Source of the DNA: Vulcanimicrobiota bacterium
GTDB lineage: Bacteria > Vulcanimicrobiota > Vulcanimicrobiia > Vulcanimicrobiales > Vulcanimicrobiaceae
Length of the DNA stretch: 64,000 bases
Assembly (NCBI GenBank): GCA_963833095.1
Contig: CAWHWQ010000004.1
Span: 192,001 to 256,000, forward strand
Direction: 5' to 3'
Shown here: positions 1 through 10,229 of the stretch, in pieces
How the letters are laid out: every line of letters starts with the position of its first letter
Position numbering within the stretch: the first letter of the stretch is position 1
Position numbers and translations under genes: made by a program
The notes under the pieces: generated by a model
What the model saw: only the letters and a program-made list of their open reading frames with translations
The model's database searches: none
Told to the model about the DNA's origin: nothing

Positions 1-1876
1 GTGCAAGCTCGATTCCCGCTTCGACACAGAGCAAAGCGTCGCGCCAGGCGTTAGCGGTCAACATCGCCGCAGCCGCGAGTGCGTAGGCTTCTGCCGCGGC
101 AAGCGTCTGACCACCGGCGCGCAGATGCTGCGCTCGGCGTACGACCGATTCACGTCGCGCATCCCCCGCGAGACGCTCCGCAAAGGCCACGTGCAGCCGC
201 GCGCGGCGGCCACTGTTCAAGCAGCTTGCAGCCGTCTCACGAATGATATCGTGGGCGAAACGGAACTCTGAGCCGTGCTCGTCCGGTTCGATGAGCGAAA
301 GCGAAAGCAGCGTGTCGATCGCGTCGAAGGTTCGGCTTTCGCCGAATCCACAGACGGCAACGAGATCGTCGGCCGAGGCGCGTACATCGAGCGCGAGGGC
401 GCAGGCGACCGTGGCGGCGTCCTCACCATACGCGTATAGCCGGGCTTCGATATGTTCGCGAAGATCGCGCGGCACCGCGGCGTCGAGTGAGGATTGGGTT
501 CGTTTCCAGTCACCTGCGTCGGTGCGCCGGAGGTGGCCATCGTGGGCGAGCGATTCAAAGAGTCGGCTTGCAAAGAACGGATTGCCGCCCGACCGCGCGT
601 GGATGAAACGGGCGATTGGCTCCGCATCGTCGGGCGCGATTCGGCGAAGTCCCTCGTAGATCTCGCCGTGACTGAGCGGCGAAAGATCGATGCGCGTCGC
701 GTCGCTGATCTGCGGGAGAAGCGCGCGCAAGCCTTCGGGCCGCGTGGCCATGATGAGGCCGAGTCCGTTCGGCCGGCGTTGCGCAAGCTGGATCAAGACA
801 GCGATCGCATCGCCGCGTAGATATTGCGCGTCGTCGACGAAGAAACAACTCCGCTTGCCGGCGGCTTTAAGCAGCGCCGTCGAGAGCGCCGTGGCATCAC
901 CGGCGACGTCCGATTCGGCAAACGGGGTCCCGGTCATGGAATCGTGCACTTCGGTCCACGGGCCAAACGGCCGCGCATCATCCTCCACACCGTTCACGTT
1001 GACGGCATAGAGTTTCAACCGTCGCGCCGCGAACATCGCGTGCTGCAGCATCGCGCTCTTTCCGGCGCCGGGTTCAGCGCTAAGCAACAGCGTCACGCGA
1101 CCGCCGCTAAGCACGCGGCGCAGCGATCCGTCGATCGAGGAAAGGGCTTGTACTCTGCCACAGAACGGCAATTTCGGTTCATCGCCGGCCGGTTGCATGT
1201 CGACGAAACGCGCTTCGAACGCGAGCGACGGTTCCGCATCGAGTTCGGCGAGAACCGCACGATAGCGATTGGCAACAGCGGTAGCAGAGGCGCGGCGGCC
1301 GTGCGCGATCTCATTTGCAGCAACGAGATCGTACGGCGCCTCGGCCATCGTTCCCCGATCGATCAAGATGCGAGCGCTGCGCAGGTCGCGATCGACATCG
1401 ACGCTCTCGCCCAAGAGCGCTTCGAAGATTGCATCGGCGCGCTCGCGCGTCGCGATCGCCCAATCGCTATAGTCGCCATCAAGGAAGTCACCGCGATAAA
1501 GTTCGATCGCCGATCGGCGAACCTCCCAGCGCTCGTCATTTGCGCGCGACTCGAACTCCGCGACGTCGAGCGTCACCTCGCCGAGCCACGATAGACGAGT
1601 CTTGTTCGCGGTTAGCATCGTATCGGGATCGACGCCGGCCTCGCGCAACGATCGGCGTATCGACCAAAGCGAAGTATTGAGATTCGAACGGCCGCGCTCG
1701 GGCTCCAAATCGGACCAGAAGAGTTCGACGACGCGTTCGCGTGCGATCTCCATTCCGCGATTCCATACGAGATAGGTCAACAGCGCGCGGCTTTTCTGGG
1801 TCGGCGGTACGGGACACTCGCGCTCGTCGCGGCAAAACCGGAACGCGCCAAGGGTCTGCAGCGACCATGCGCTCAT
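1..1876 (-). CDS. SARP/BTAD-type transcriptional regulator with AAA ATPase domain (runs off window start)
   Basis: Manual translation from ATG 1876 (not in the ORF track because there is no stop in the window): MSAWSLQTLGAFRF..KSRALLTYL..LFWSDLEPERGRSNLNTSLWSIRR..LYRGDFL (wHTH/BTAD), Walker A AEPGAGKS, Walker B FFVDDAQ, SGGNPFF, FRFAHDIIRE. Confidence 0.85.
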   Translation of the reverse strand, partial: MSAWSLQTLGAFRFCRDERECPVPPTQKSRALLTYLVWNRGMEIARERVVELFWSDLEPERGRSNLNTSLWSIRRSLREAGVDPDTMLTANKTRLSWLGEVTLDVAEFESRANDERWEVRRSAIELYRGDFLDGDYSDWAIATRERADAIFEALLGESVDVDRDLRSARILIDRGTMAEAPYDLVAANEIAHGRRASATAVANRYRAVLAELDAEPSLAFEARFVDMQPAGDEPKLPFCGRVQALSSIDGSLRRVLSGGRVTLLLSAEPGAGKSAMLQHAMFAARRLKLYAVNVNGVEDDARPFGPWTEVHDSMTGTPFAESDVAGDATALSTALLKAAGKRSCFFVDDAQYLRGDAIAVLIQLAQRRPNGLGLIMATRPEGLRALLPQISDATRIDLSPLSHGEIYEGLRRIAPDDAEPIARFIHARSGGNPFFASRLFESLAHDGHLRRTDAGDWKRTQSSLDAAVPRDLREHIEARLYAYGEDAATVACALALDVRASADDLVAVCGFGESRTFDAIDTLLSLSLIEPDEHGSEFRFAHDIIRETAASCLNSGRRARLHVAFAERLAGDARRESVVRRAQHLRAGGQTLAAAEAYALAAAAMLTANAWRDALLCVEAGIELA

Positions 1877-1891
1877 TGCGTACGAAGCCCC

Positions 1892-2896
1892 TTATTGCTT
1901 AGGTTCATCCGGGCGGGCGCCCCCAACTTTGAGCACAACACGGCCTTGCGCCGTCCGGTCGAGTACGGTTTGCATCGCGTCTTTGAATTGCTCCAAGGGA
2001 AAAACAGCGCCCACGTGCGGCTTGAGTTTGCCTTGGGCGATCCATGCGAAAATCTGCTCGTCGGCGGCGATGCTCGCTTCGCGATAGCGCTCGGCCCACG
2101 CGCCCCAAAAGACGCCGACGATCGAATAGTTCTTGAGCAGCAGCAGATTCATCGGGACCGACGGGATCTCGCCGCTTGCAAAGCCGATCGGCAGCATCCG
2201 TCCACCCCAGTTCATGAGTCGCGTCATGGTGGTGAACACGTCGCCGCCGACGACGTCGAAGAAGACGTCCACGCCCTTGCCGCCGGTTACCGCCTTGATG
2301 CGTTCGCGCAAATCCTCGTGAAGGTAGTCGATCACTTCTTCTGCGCCGTGTTCGCGCACGATTCCAACCTTCTCTTGCGAACTCACGCCGGCGATGACCC
2401 GCGCTCCGAGACTGCGCGCTAAGTCCACGGCCGCAAGCCCGACGCCGCCCGCCGCGCCCGAGACAAACACCGTTTCCCCAGCCGCAAGCTTCGCGCGTTC
2501 CACGAACGCATAGTATGCGGTGCCGTAGCCGTGTCGCACGGTCGTTCCCGTGACGAAGTCGACGCTGGGTGGCAGTTGCACCGCCGAGAGCTGCGAGGCG
2601 ATCATCTGCGGTGAATAGGCGCCAGTCCAATTGCTGCAGGCGACGCGGTCTCCCGGTTGAAAGCGCGTGACGCCGTCGCCCACGGCGGCAACGATGCCGG
2701 CGGCGTCGGTGCCCGGGACGAATGGCGTCTGCGGCCGCAACTGATATTTGCCCGCCACCAGGAGACAGTCCATGAAATTTACCGCTGCGGCATGGACCTG
2801 CACGAGGATCTCTCCCGCCCCCGGTTTGGGCGCGGGCATTTCGCCAAACTCCAAATCATCGATTCCGCTAAACGACCGGCACACAACGGCATCCAT
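1892..2896 (-). CDS. NADPH:quinone oxidoreductase family (MDR) protein
   Basis: MDAVVCRSF..AAAVNFMD..GAAGGVGLAAV..GGKGVDV; start placed at ATG 2896. Confidence 0.9.
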   Translation of the reverse strand: MDAVVCRSFSGIDDLEFGEMPAPKPGAGEILVQVHAAAVNFMDCLLVAGKYQLRPQTPFVPGTDAAGIVAAVGDGVTRFQPGDRVACSNWTGAYSPQMIASQLSAVQLPPSVDFVTGTTVRHGYGTAYYAFVERAKLAAGETVFVSGAAGGVGLAAVDLARSLGARVIAGVSSQEKVGIVREHGAEEVIDYLHEDLRERIKAVTGGKGVDVFFDVVGGDVFTTMTRLMNWGGRMLPIGFASGEIPSVPMNLLLLKNYSIVGVFWGAWAERYREASIAADEQIFAWIAQGKLKPHVGAVFPLEQFKDAMQTVLDRTAQGRVVLKVGGARPDEPKQ

Positions 2897-2955
2897 AGCG
2901 ACCGTCTTTCGCGGCAGGTAGGTTGATTCCGGTCGGCGTGGGGAACAGGTGATGT

Positions 2956-3810
2956 GTGGACACCTCAACTCAGCCCGAAACCGTGCTGCGCCTTCGCGTT
3001 GGCTGCGCGCTTTCGTTTGAGTTCGAGTACCCGACGCCGGCAGTCTTTCTCGTGCGTCCCGAAGACGGTGGACGCCATCACCTAATTCGCGAGCAGTGGA
3101 CGACGCAACCGGATGCGGCGTATCACGACTACACCGATCTGTTCGGCAACGCGTGCCGGCGCGTTACCCTGCCGCAAGGCGATGTCTCGCTGCGCTACGA
3201 TGCGATCGTGCAGACGTCCCGAGAACTCGACGCGGTTGATTGGAACGTGGAGCAACATCTCGTGCAGGATCTGCCCGACGACGTGCTCGTCTACACCTTG
3301 CCCAGCCGCTACTGTCTCTCCGACGTCTTGGTCGACCGCGCGGCGCAGCTCTTCGGTTCGGCTCCGCGCGGGCGCGGCTGCGTGCAGGCGATCTGCGACT
3401 GGGTGAACGCGCACGTCACGTTCACCGCCGGGACAAGCTCGCAGCTCACGACCTCGGTCGACGTGCTCGAAAGCGGGCGCGGCGTGTGCCGCGACTACGC
3501 GCACTTAGCGATCACGTTTTGCCGCGCGATGAATATCCCGGCGCGCTACGTCTTCGGGTATCTCCCCGACCTCGACGTGCCGCCGCCCTATCCCACGATG
3601 GACTTTTGCGCGTGGTTTGAAGCGTATCTGGGTGGAATGTGGTGGACGTTCGACCCGCGCAATAACGGGCCGCGCAAGGGGCGCATTCGCGTCGCGCTCG
3701 GGCGCGACGCGCTGGATGTGGCCATGCTCACGACCTATGGCCCCTCGCAATTCAAAACTATGAGCGTTTGGGCCGATGAAGTTAAGGATGGCGGAAAACC
3801 GGCTGGATAG
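2956..3810 (+). CDS. Transglutaminase-like family protein
   Basis: LPSRYC, GVCRDYAH, IPARY, DFCAWFE, FDPRNN, GRDALDV. Confidence 0.9.
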   Translation: MDTSTQPETVLRLRVGCALSFEFEYPTPAVFLVRPEDGGRHHLIREQWTTQPDAAYHDYTDLFGNACRRVTLPQGDVSLRYDAIVQTSRELDAVDWNVEQHLVQDLPDDVLVYTLPSRYCLSDVLVDRAAQLFGSAPRGRGCVQAICDWVNAHVTFTAGTSSQLTTSVDVLESGRGVCRDYAHLAITFCRAMNIPARYVFGYLPDLDVPPPYPTMDFCAWFEAYLGGMWWTFDPRNNGPRKGRIRVALGRDALDVAMLTTYGPSQFKTMSVWADEVKDGGKPAG

Positions 3811-4693
3811 CGGCGACATCGGACACGTCGAGTTCCTCGACGAAAGCACCGTCGACTGGACGTCCGTCAGCGACGTTACCTACATCATCCACCAGCACAT
3901 CCGCTATAAGTATCCCGGGCCGATCGCCGACCTGCGGCAGCGTCTGATGATCTCTCCGCGGGACGGTCACGGCGGTCAGCGCCGTATCGTGCAGCGGCTC
4001 GACGTTTTTCCGCAGATGCCGGCGCACACGCACCATGACGCCTTTGGGAACAGTGTCATCGCGATGGCCGTTCCGCAGCTCGATTTCGGCATCGATTTCG
4101 AATACTGGGCAATCGTCGAACGCGACGCCTGGGTAACCGAACATCGTGAAAGGCACGGCGTCTTGGGAATGCGCAGCCTAATCCAACCGAGTTTGCTCAC
4201 CCGCGCCGACTCGAACCTGCGTGAAGTCGCGGGACTCCTGCGCGCGGCGCATCGCGATCCGCTCGAGCTCGCTCACGCGATCAATCACTTCGTGTTCACC
4301 TACATGACCTACGCCTTCGGCGTTACCGACGTTCACACGACGGCCGCCGCAGCCTTCATTCTCGGCAAAGGCGTCTGCCAGGATTACGCGCACGTGATGC
4401 TGGCCATCGCGCGCCATTGCGGCCTTGCGGCACGCTACGTCTCGGGCCATCTGCTAGGTGAGGGCGGGACGCACGCGTGGGTAGAGATCATGCTTCCCGA
4501 TGGCGACCATGCGCGGGTCATCGCGTTCGATCCCACCCACGACCGCGTCGTGACGATGAAGTATATCGTCGTCGCCGTTGGGCGCGACTATGCCGACGTC
4601 GCACCGACGTCAGGGGTCTTCATCGCGCCCTTCGCCGGCGAACTCACGGTGCGCAAGCGCGTTGGTCTTACCGAGGTCCGTTACGCCGCCTAG
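3788..4693 (+). CDS. Transglutaminase-like family protein with N-terminal Bact_transglu_N-type domain
   Basis: GVCQDYAH, ARYVSG, THAWVE, FDPTH, GRDYADVAP; ATG 3788 after AAGG. Confidence 0.9.
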   Translation: MAENRLDSGDIGHVEFLDESTVDWTSVSDVTYIIHQHIRYKYPGPIADLRQRLMISPRDGHGGQRRIVQRLDVFPQMPAHTHHDAFGNSVIAMAVPQLDFGIDFEYWAIVERDAWVTEHRERHGVLGMRSLIQPSLLTRADSNLREVAGLLRAAHRDPLELAHAINHFVFTYMTYAFGVTDVHTTAAAAFILGKGVCQDYAHVMLAIARHCGLAARYVSGHLLGEGGTHAWVEIMLPDGDHARVIAFDPTHDRVVTMKYIVVAVGRDYADVAPTSGVFIAPFAGELTVRKRVGLTEVRYAA

Positions 4694-4700
4694 CGCTCAT

Positions 4701-5155
4701 CTTGTCATCCCGAGCGTAGCGCAGCGTCCCTTTGTCATCCCGAGCGTAGCGCAGCGTCCCTTTGTCATCCCGAGCGTAGCGAAGCGTAGTCGAGGGACCG
4801 CCGCAACCAGTCACCCTGAGCTTGTCGAAGGGCGCGTCCCTTTGTCATCCCGAGCGTAGCGCAGCGTCCCTTTGTCATCCCGAGCGTAGCGAAAGCGTAG
4901 TCGAGGGACCGCCGCAACCAGTCACCCTGAGCTTGTCGAAGGGCGCGTCCCTTTGTCATCCCGAGCGTAGCGCAGCGTCCCTTTGTCATCCCGAGCGTAG
5001 CGCAGCGTCCCTTTGTCATCCCGAGCGTAGCGCAGCGTCCCTTTGTCATCCCGAGCGTAGCGAAGCGTAGTCGAGGGACCGCCGCAACCAGTCACCCTGA
5101 GGTGCCACACTGAGGCGCGACCTGAAAGGTCGCCTCGAAGTGGAGCCTCGAAGGG
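4701..5155 (+). repeat. Higher-order array of GTCA-tagged palindromic (REP-like) elements
   Basis: Nine copies of TTGTCATCCCGAGCGTAGCG: six 30-bp truncated units and three full elements ending GTCGAGGGACC, each followed by a GTCACCCTGAG..TCGAAGGG element. Confidence 0.95.
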
Positions 5156-5161
5156 TGCTCT

Positions 5162-7201
5162 ATGAGTACGGCGCGCGACGGAGTGTACTTTCGGGCCTGC
5201 AACCTTTGCGAGGCAATCTGCGGCCTGAAAATCACGGTTGAGCATGGGGCCATCGCCGATCTGCGCGGCGACCCGGACGATCCGCTTTCGCGCGGCGCGA
5301 TCTGCCCGAAAGCAACCGCACTGATCGATCTGCATTCCGATCCAAATCGTTTGCGCGTCCCGCATCGCCGCGTCGGCGACCGCTTTGAACCGATCGCCTG
5401 GGACGAAGCCTTCGATCTCGTCGCCTCGCGTCTGCGCGACATCGACGATCGGCTGGGTGGGGACGCGATCGCCACGTACCTCGGCAATCCGACCGTGCAC
5501 AACAGCGGCTCGTTGCTCAGCTCGAGCGGCTTCCTGCGGTTACTGCGCACGCGCAATCGCTTCAGCGCAACCAGCGTCGATCAGTTGCCCCACCACGTCG
5601 CGGCGACGCATATGTTCGGCCATCCGATGCTGTTGCCGGTGCCCGACGTCGATCGCACCGATTTCTTTTTGATCATGGGCGCAAACCCGCTGGTCAGCAA
5701 CGGCAGCATCATGACCGCGCCAGGTATGCGCGAGCGCTTGCGCGCGATTGGCGATCGTGGCGGTCGCGTCGTCGTCATCGATCCTCGGCGCAACGAAACG
5801 GCCAAGGCCGCGCACGAACATCACTTCGTGCGACCGGGAGCGGACGCGTTCGTGCTGCTCGCGCTAATCCACGTCATCTTCGAAGAGCGCCGCGAACGCC
5901 TGGGACGACTCGCCGATCGCTACGACGGCCTCGCGCAATTGCGCGACATCGCCGCGCGCTTTTCGCCTCAGCGCGTCAGCGCGCACACCGGCATCGCCGC
6001 CGCAACGCTGCGTTCGCTGGCCCGCGCATTTAGCGCTGCGCCGCGCGCGGTCGCCTATGGACGCGTCGGGCTCTCGACGCAAGCCTTCGGCGGGCTGTGT
6101 CAGTGGTTGGTGAACGTGCTCAATGCCGTCACCGGCAATCTCGACGAACCCGGTGGCGCAATGTGGCCTGCGCCGGCATACGACATGTTGTTGGGCAGCA
6201 AGCCCGGCGACGTTCACGAGGGGCGTTGGCACTCACGCGTGCGCAACTATCCCGAATTCAACGGCGAGCTGCCGGTCGCGACGCTGCTCGATGAGATGGA
6301 AACGCCGGGCGAAGGCCAGGTCCGCGCGTTCGTCACGGTCGCGGGCAATCCCGTGCTCTCAACGCCGAACGGCGCGCGTCTCGCGCAAGCGCTCGCGCGG
6401 CTCGACTTCATGGTTTCGATCGATCCCTACATCAATGAGACAACGCGCCACGCGCACGTGATCCTTCCGCCGGCGACCGGACTGGAAACCGATCACTACG
6501 ATGTCGTCTTCCATCACTTCGCGGTACGAAACACGGCGCGCATGAACCGCGCCGTTTTCGAGATCGACTCGACGCAGCGTTACGACTGGCAGATCTTTGC
6601 CGAACTCGCGCTGCGTTTGCGCGGCAAGAGCCTTACCCACCCCAACGAGCGCCTCGAGGCGGGCTTGCAACACGGCCCACGCGCAACGAGTATCGACGCG
6701 CTCCTTGCGCATCCGCACGGCATCGACTTTGGGCCGATGGAGCCATGCATGCCGCAGCGGCTCCTTACGGCGAAAGGACGCATCGATTTGGTTCCTCAAC
6801 CTTTTGCAGCCGACGTCAGCCGGCTCGAAGCGCAACTCGACGGGCCGCAACCCGAATTCGTTTTGATCGGACGCCGCTCGCTGCGTACCAACAATTCATG
6901 GATGAACGACCTCAAGCGGCTTAACCGCGGTGCAGACCCCTGCGTGCTTCTCATGAACGATGAAGACGCGCGCGATCGCGGCGTCGAGAGCGGCGCAACA
7001 ATCGAACTCACGACCCAAACCGGCAGCATCGGCGTGACCGTCGATCTGACGCCGGATCTTATGCGCGGCGTCGTGTGCTTGCCGCACGGCTTCGCGCGCG
7101 CAAACTATAATGAAATCATTGGAGACGATGTGGACGTGCTGACCGGCAATGCCGCACTCAACGGCGTAGCGGTCCATCTGACCTTGTCATCCCGAGCGTA
7201 G
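5162..7201 (+). CDS. Molybdopterin oxidoreductase (DMSO reductase superfamily) with N-terminal 4Fe-4S motif
   Basis: CNLCEAICG..GAICPK, GANPLVSNGS, VIDPRRNETA, GRR..NNSW, GVVCLPHG. Confidence 0.9.
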   Translation: MSTARDGVYFRACNLCEAICGLKITVEHGAIADLRGDPDDPLSRGAICPKATALIDLHSDPNRLRVPHRRVGDRFEPIAWDEAFDLVASRLRDIDDRLGGDAIATYLGNPTVHNSGSLLSSSGFLRLLRTRNRFSATSVDQLPHHVAATHMFGHPMLLPVPDVDRTDFFLIMGANPLVSNGSIMTAPGMRERLRAIGDRGGRVVVIDPRRNETAKAAHEHHFVRPGADAFVLLALIHVIFEERRERLGRLADRYDGLAQLRDIAARFSPQRVSAHTGIAAATLRSLARAFSAAPRAVAYGRVGLSTQAFGGLCQWLVNVLNAVTGNLDEPGGAMWPAPAYDMLLGSKPGDVHEGRWHSRVRNYPEFNGELPVATLLDEMETPGEGQVRAFVTVAGNPVLSTPNGARLAQALARLDFMVSIDPYINETTRHAHVILPPATGLETDHYDVVFHHFAVRNTARMNRAVFEIDSTQRYDWQIFAELALRLRGKSLTHPNERLEAGLQHGPRATSIDALLAHPHGIDFGPMEPCMPQRLLTAKGRIDLVPQPFAADVSRLEAQLDGPQPEFVLIGRRSLRTNNSWMNDLKRLNRGADPCVLLMNDEDARDRGVESGATIELTTQTGSIGVTVDLTPDLMRGVVCLPHGFARANYNEIIGDDVDVLTGNAALNGVAVHLTLSSRA

Positions 7202-7266
7202 TGGGTGAACGCTTGCGTTCACCCGCGTAGTCGAGGGACCGCAGTCACCGTGGGCTTGTCGATGCG
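7184..7266 (+). repeat. REP-like element pair between convergent genes
   Basis: TTGTCATCCCGAGCGTAG-GGGTGAACGC/GCGTTCACCC hairpin-GTAGTCGAGGGACC, then degenerate GTCACCGTGGGCTTGTCGATG. Confidence 0.9.
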
Positions 7267-7853
7267 CTAAGATCAAGAAACGCGGCTGTTGCATCGTGGG
7301 CACGCTTTTCGATCTCGCGCGGACTCGGTGGTTTCGCGACACCGAGTAATAAGTTTACGTGCAAATCGCCGAACAGTAACGCGGCAAAAAGCCTGGCAAG
7401 TTCCGGCGGACTTCCCTCGAGCAGCCCTGACTTCTTCGCTTGGGTCATGATGCTTCGCAAGGCGACGCGCCGGGTCTCGCGCGCAATCGAATCGAGCGTC
7501 TGCGCAACCTCGGGCGCGCGCGGCGCCTCGGCGATTGCCAATCGAAAAGCCGCAACAACCGTTGGGTCGCTGACTTCGCGCACGAGCTGAGATCCATAGG
7601 ACACCAGCACCTGCTCGAGCGTCCTGCGATCGCGTACGATCGGCAACTCCGCCGGCATATGGAGACGCTTTGCGCGTGCGCGAATACAGGCGGTCAACAT
7701 CTCTTGCTTGTCGCCTACGAGCGCATAAAGCTCGCGCTTTGAGACGTGCGCCCGTGCGGCGATCTCGGCGGTGCTGGTTGCCGCAAAGCCGGCGTCGGTG
7801 AACGCTGCAAAGGCAGCCTCGAGGATGCGGTCTCGAATCGCGTCGTCGCCCAT
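7245..7853 (-). CDS. TetR/AcrR family transcriptional regulator
   Basis: RILEAAFAAFTDAGFAATSTAEIAARAHVSKRELY HTH; ATG 7853 after AGGGAGG. Confidence 0.92.
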   Translation of the reverse strand: MGDDAIRDRILEAAFAAFTDAGFAATSTAEIAARAHVSKRELYALVGDKQEMLTACIRARAKRLHMPAELPIVRDRRTLEQVLVSYGSQLVREVSDPTVVAAFRLAIAEAPRAPEVAQTLDSIARETRRVALRSIMTQAKKSGLLEGSPPELARLFAALLFGDLHVNLLLGVAKPPSPREIEKRAHDATAAFLDLSASTSPR

Positions 7854-7875
7854 TTCGCCCTCCCTTGACAACTAA

Positions 7876-7923
7876 TGGTACCACGCAGTACCATAATCAC
7901 CTGTTGGTACCTGCTGGTACCAA
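7876..7923. promoter_or_regulatory. Two TGGTAC-N6-GTACCA palindromes, probable TetR operators
   Basis: TGGTACcacgcaGTACCA 7876-7893 and TGGTACctgctgGTACCA 7905-7922 in the divergent intergenic region. Confidence 0.75.
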
Positions 7924-7942
7924 CTCGAAAGGACGACGCCTC

Positions 7943-8461
7943 ATGCCGCCGCAAGTCATTTTCCTCACGCAACTCGTCTTGGGCTACGTCGCGTGTCTGC
8001 TGCTCATCGGCGGCTACGCTTGGCCCAGACTCAAGTCGATGGATCGCGTCGATGCGCTTCGCGCGATCGCGACCTTCCACAGCTTCCGATTCTTTGGCCT
8101 CGTCTTCATTCTGCCCGGCGTGGTGGGAGCGAACTTGCCCGCGGCCTTCGCGACGGGTGCGGCGTACGGCGATTTTGCAACAGGCGTGCTTGCGCTGCTC
8201 GCGCTACTCACGGTACGGATGCGCGCGCTCTTCTGGTTCTTCACGGTTGCGTTTAATCTGGTGGGTGCGGCCGACATTCTTCTCGACTACTATCACGGCA
8301 TCCAAAGCGGTCTTCCCAACGTCGCGGGACAATTGGGCGTCGGATATGCGATCGTGATCATCTACGTGCCGGCGCTGATGATCACGCATGTCGTCGCGTT
8401 GTACTTACTGACGCGCCCCTCTACTCGCGCGGCTTTGGCGAGGGCGGCATCGCCGCTTTGA
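7943..8461 (+). CDS. Hypothetical integral membrane protein
   Basis: Several hydrophobic segments, HSFRFFGL and YGDFATG motifs; GAAAGGA RBS. Confidence 0.8.
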   Translation: MPPQVIFLTQLVLGYVACLLLIGGYAWPRLKSMDRVDALRAIATFHSFRFFGLVFILPGVVGANLPAAFATGAAYGDFATGVLALLALLTVRMRALFWFFTVAFNLVGAADILLDYYHGIQSGLPNVAGQLGVGYAIVIIYVPALMITHVVALYLLTRPSTRAALARAASPL

Positions 8462-9838
8462 GCTTGAGCGTAAGGTCCGTCATAGACGCCTTCCGTGCGG
8501 GGTCCTCGGGTGCGGCGTGCACGGCGCTTAGATGTTGAACGTCGGTTGAACTCAGTGCCGGCGGCGCGCTCAACGTCGCCAGTGTGACGCTTCCCCGGCT
8601 GACGTCGGCTGCATGCGGCTGCGAAACGGGCGCGCTCGTCTTAAGCAAGGCTTCGACTTTGCTGCGCGCGCTAGGATCGGTGATTCGGGCGAGAATGTCG
8701 CTGGGTTCGTTGGGTTCCTCCCAGTCCTGCGTTTGAGCGACAGCGGTATGCACGGTCTCGCTTTCCTTGGGATTGTTTGGGCAGCGTATACGTCGAGAGC
8801 ACGGTGAGCACGCCGTCTTCGGCGGTCCCCGACTGGGGAAGGCCCACGCCGACCGAAATCGTCTGCACCTGCGCCATCGGTTTCTGGGCCAAACGTCAAT
8901 TGGTTCACACCGCCGCGAATGGTCGGCGCCCCGACGTTGTTACCGGCGGTCCAGTATTCGGAGTGTGCCGCGACCTGCAGCAAGTTGCCGGGTAGAAAGA
9001 TACTCACTCCAACCACCGGCAGCGTAAGGTACCAACTTCCGTTGCGACCTCCCCAGGTGAATTCTTGCGATCCGCAACCACCCTCGTTGCCTGAATTGCG
9101 AATGAAATACTGCCAGGTCGATTGCACGGTCTCGGTCGTTTTTGTTTTCGACGAGATCTGTTCGTTGGTCAAGATCGCGAGCGAGAGCACGGGGTGAATC
9201 TCGGTCCAACCTCCATGGTGCACGCCATCGACTCCGAGCACGCCGGAGGCGACTGCGAAATCTCCGTTGATGTTGCTGCCGATTTGACCCGGTTGCCAAA
9301 ACGGGTCCCCAAAATTGTTGATCGTTTCGGTCGAGTCGAACTCGAGGCCGAGCGAGGCCTCCCCCGCAGTCAGCGGTTCGGTTACCGGAAGATACGGATC
9401 GAGACGCATGTTGATGTCGTTGTCGTTGGGCCAGCTCCCCGACGCGCCTTCCCACTCGATGTATCCGATGTCGGTTACCGTATCCCAATTGAGGTGACCG
9501 GGGAACGGGTCTCCACTGCACTCGCCAAAGGTGGCAAACGGCGCATCTTGTGGATCCCATTCCGTCGGTTGGCTCGTACACGCCGCGTTCGGTGGATAGT
9601 ATCCACCCGGACCGCAGATCGTATTGAAATTCGGTGATTGGTTGGAGTGCTTTTCTTGATAGGCCCAGATCGGATTGACCGGAAATCCGTTCGCGTCGAC
9701 GTCTTGGCTCGAATGCCATTCAAGATCGAACGGCGCCTTGCCGGCCGGATATCCCGAAAACGTCAGGGCGTCGGCGGTGCGCGGCAAAAGCGCGGCGGCA
9801 AGTGCGAAAACAATTACGATGAGTATGGACTTCGACAT
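8421..9838 (-). CDS. Secreted hypothetical protein (apparent frameshifts near 8890 and 8760)
   Basis: Signal peptide MSKSILIVIVFALAAALLPRTADA; plausible protein continues through ORFs 8570..9868, 8671..8892 and 8421..8753 in successive frames. Confidence 0.65.
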
Positions 9839-10078
9839 CACGTGTCCCCTCCCGCAAGGACACCGCAACTATACTCCGCACCTACGCAATTCACAATCGG
9901 CCCGATGCTAAAAGACTACACCGCAACGAATGTTACGGCGGCGTGAGCACGATCTGCATGCGCACGAAATCGAACGTCACAGCGTTGTTATCGAAGAATG
10001 TGCCCATCGGTGATCCGCCCGGACCATACGCCCCTTGCACGTTGTGCTGGCAGGCGGTCGAAAGACAGATTTCGTCGG

Positions 10079-10188
10079 CGAGCGTAGCGCAGCGTAGCCC
10101 CCTGTCATCCCGAGCGTAGTGCAGCGCCCCTTGTCATCCCGAGCGTAGTGGGTGAACGCTTTGCGTTCACCCGCGTAGTCGAGGGACC
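10079..10188 (+). repeat. REP-like cluster (truncated units plus one full hairpin-containing element)
   Basis: CGAGCGTAG x3, GGGTGAACGCtttGCGTTCACCC, GTCGAGGGACC. Confidence 0.9.
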
Positions 10189-10229
10189 GCATCAAGAGCG
10201 GCGAAGCGCTTCCTAGCGGAGGTATCTTC

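Noticed and set aside
4578..5070. Repetitive ORFs (VIPSVAQRPF, CHPERSAASL, MTKGRCATLG)
   Set aside because: Translations of the DNA repeat array with no RBS or independent coding evidence
4701..5155. CRISPR array
   Set aside because: Intervening sequences are identical or absent rather than unique spacers, no cas genes are seen, and the same unit is dispersed through the window
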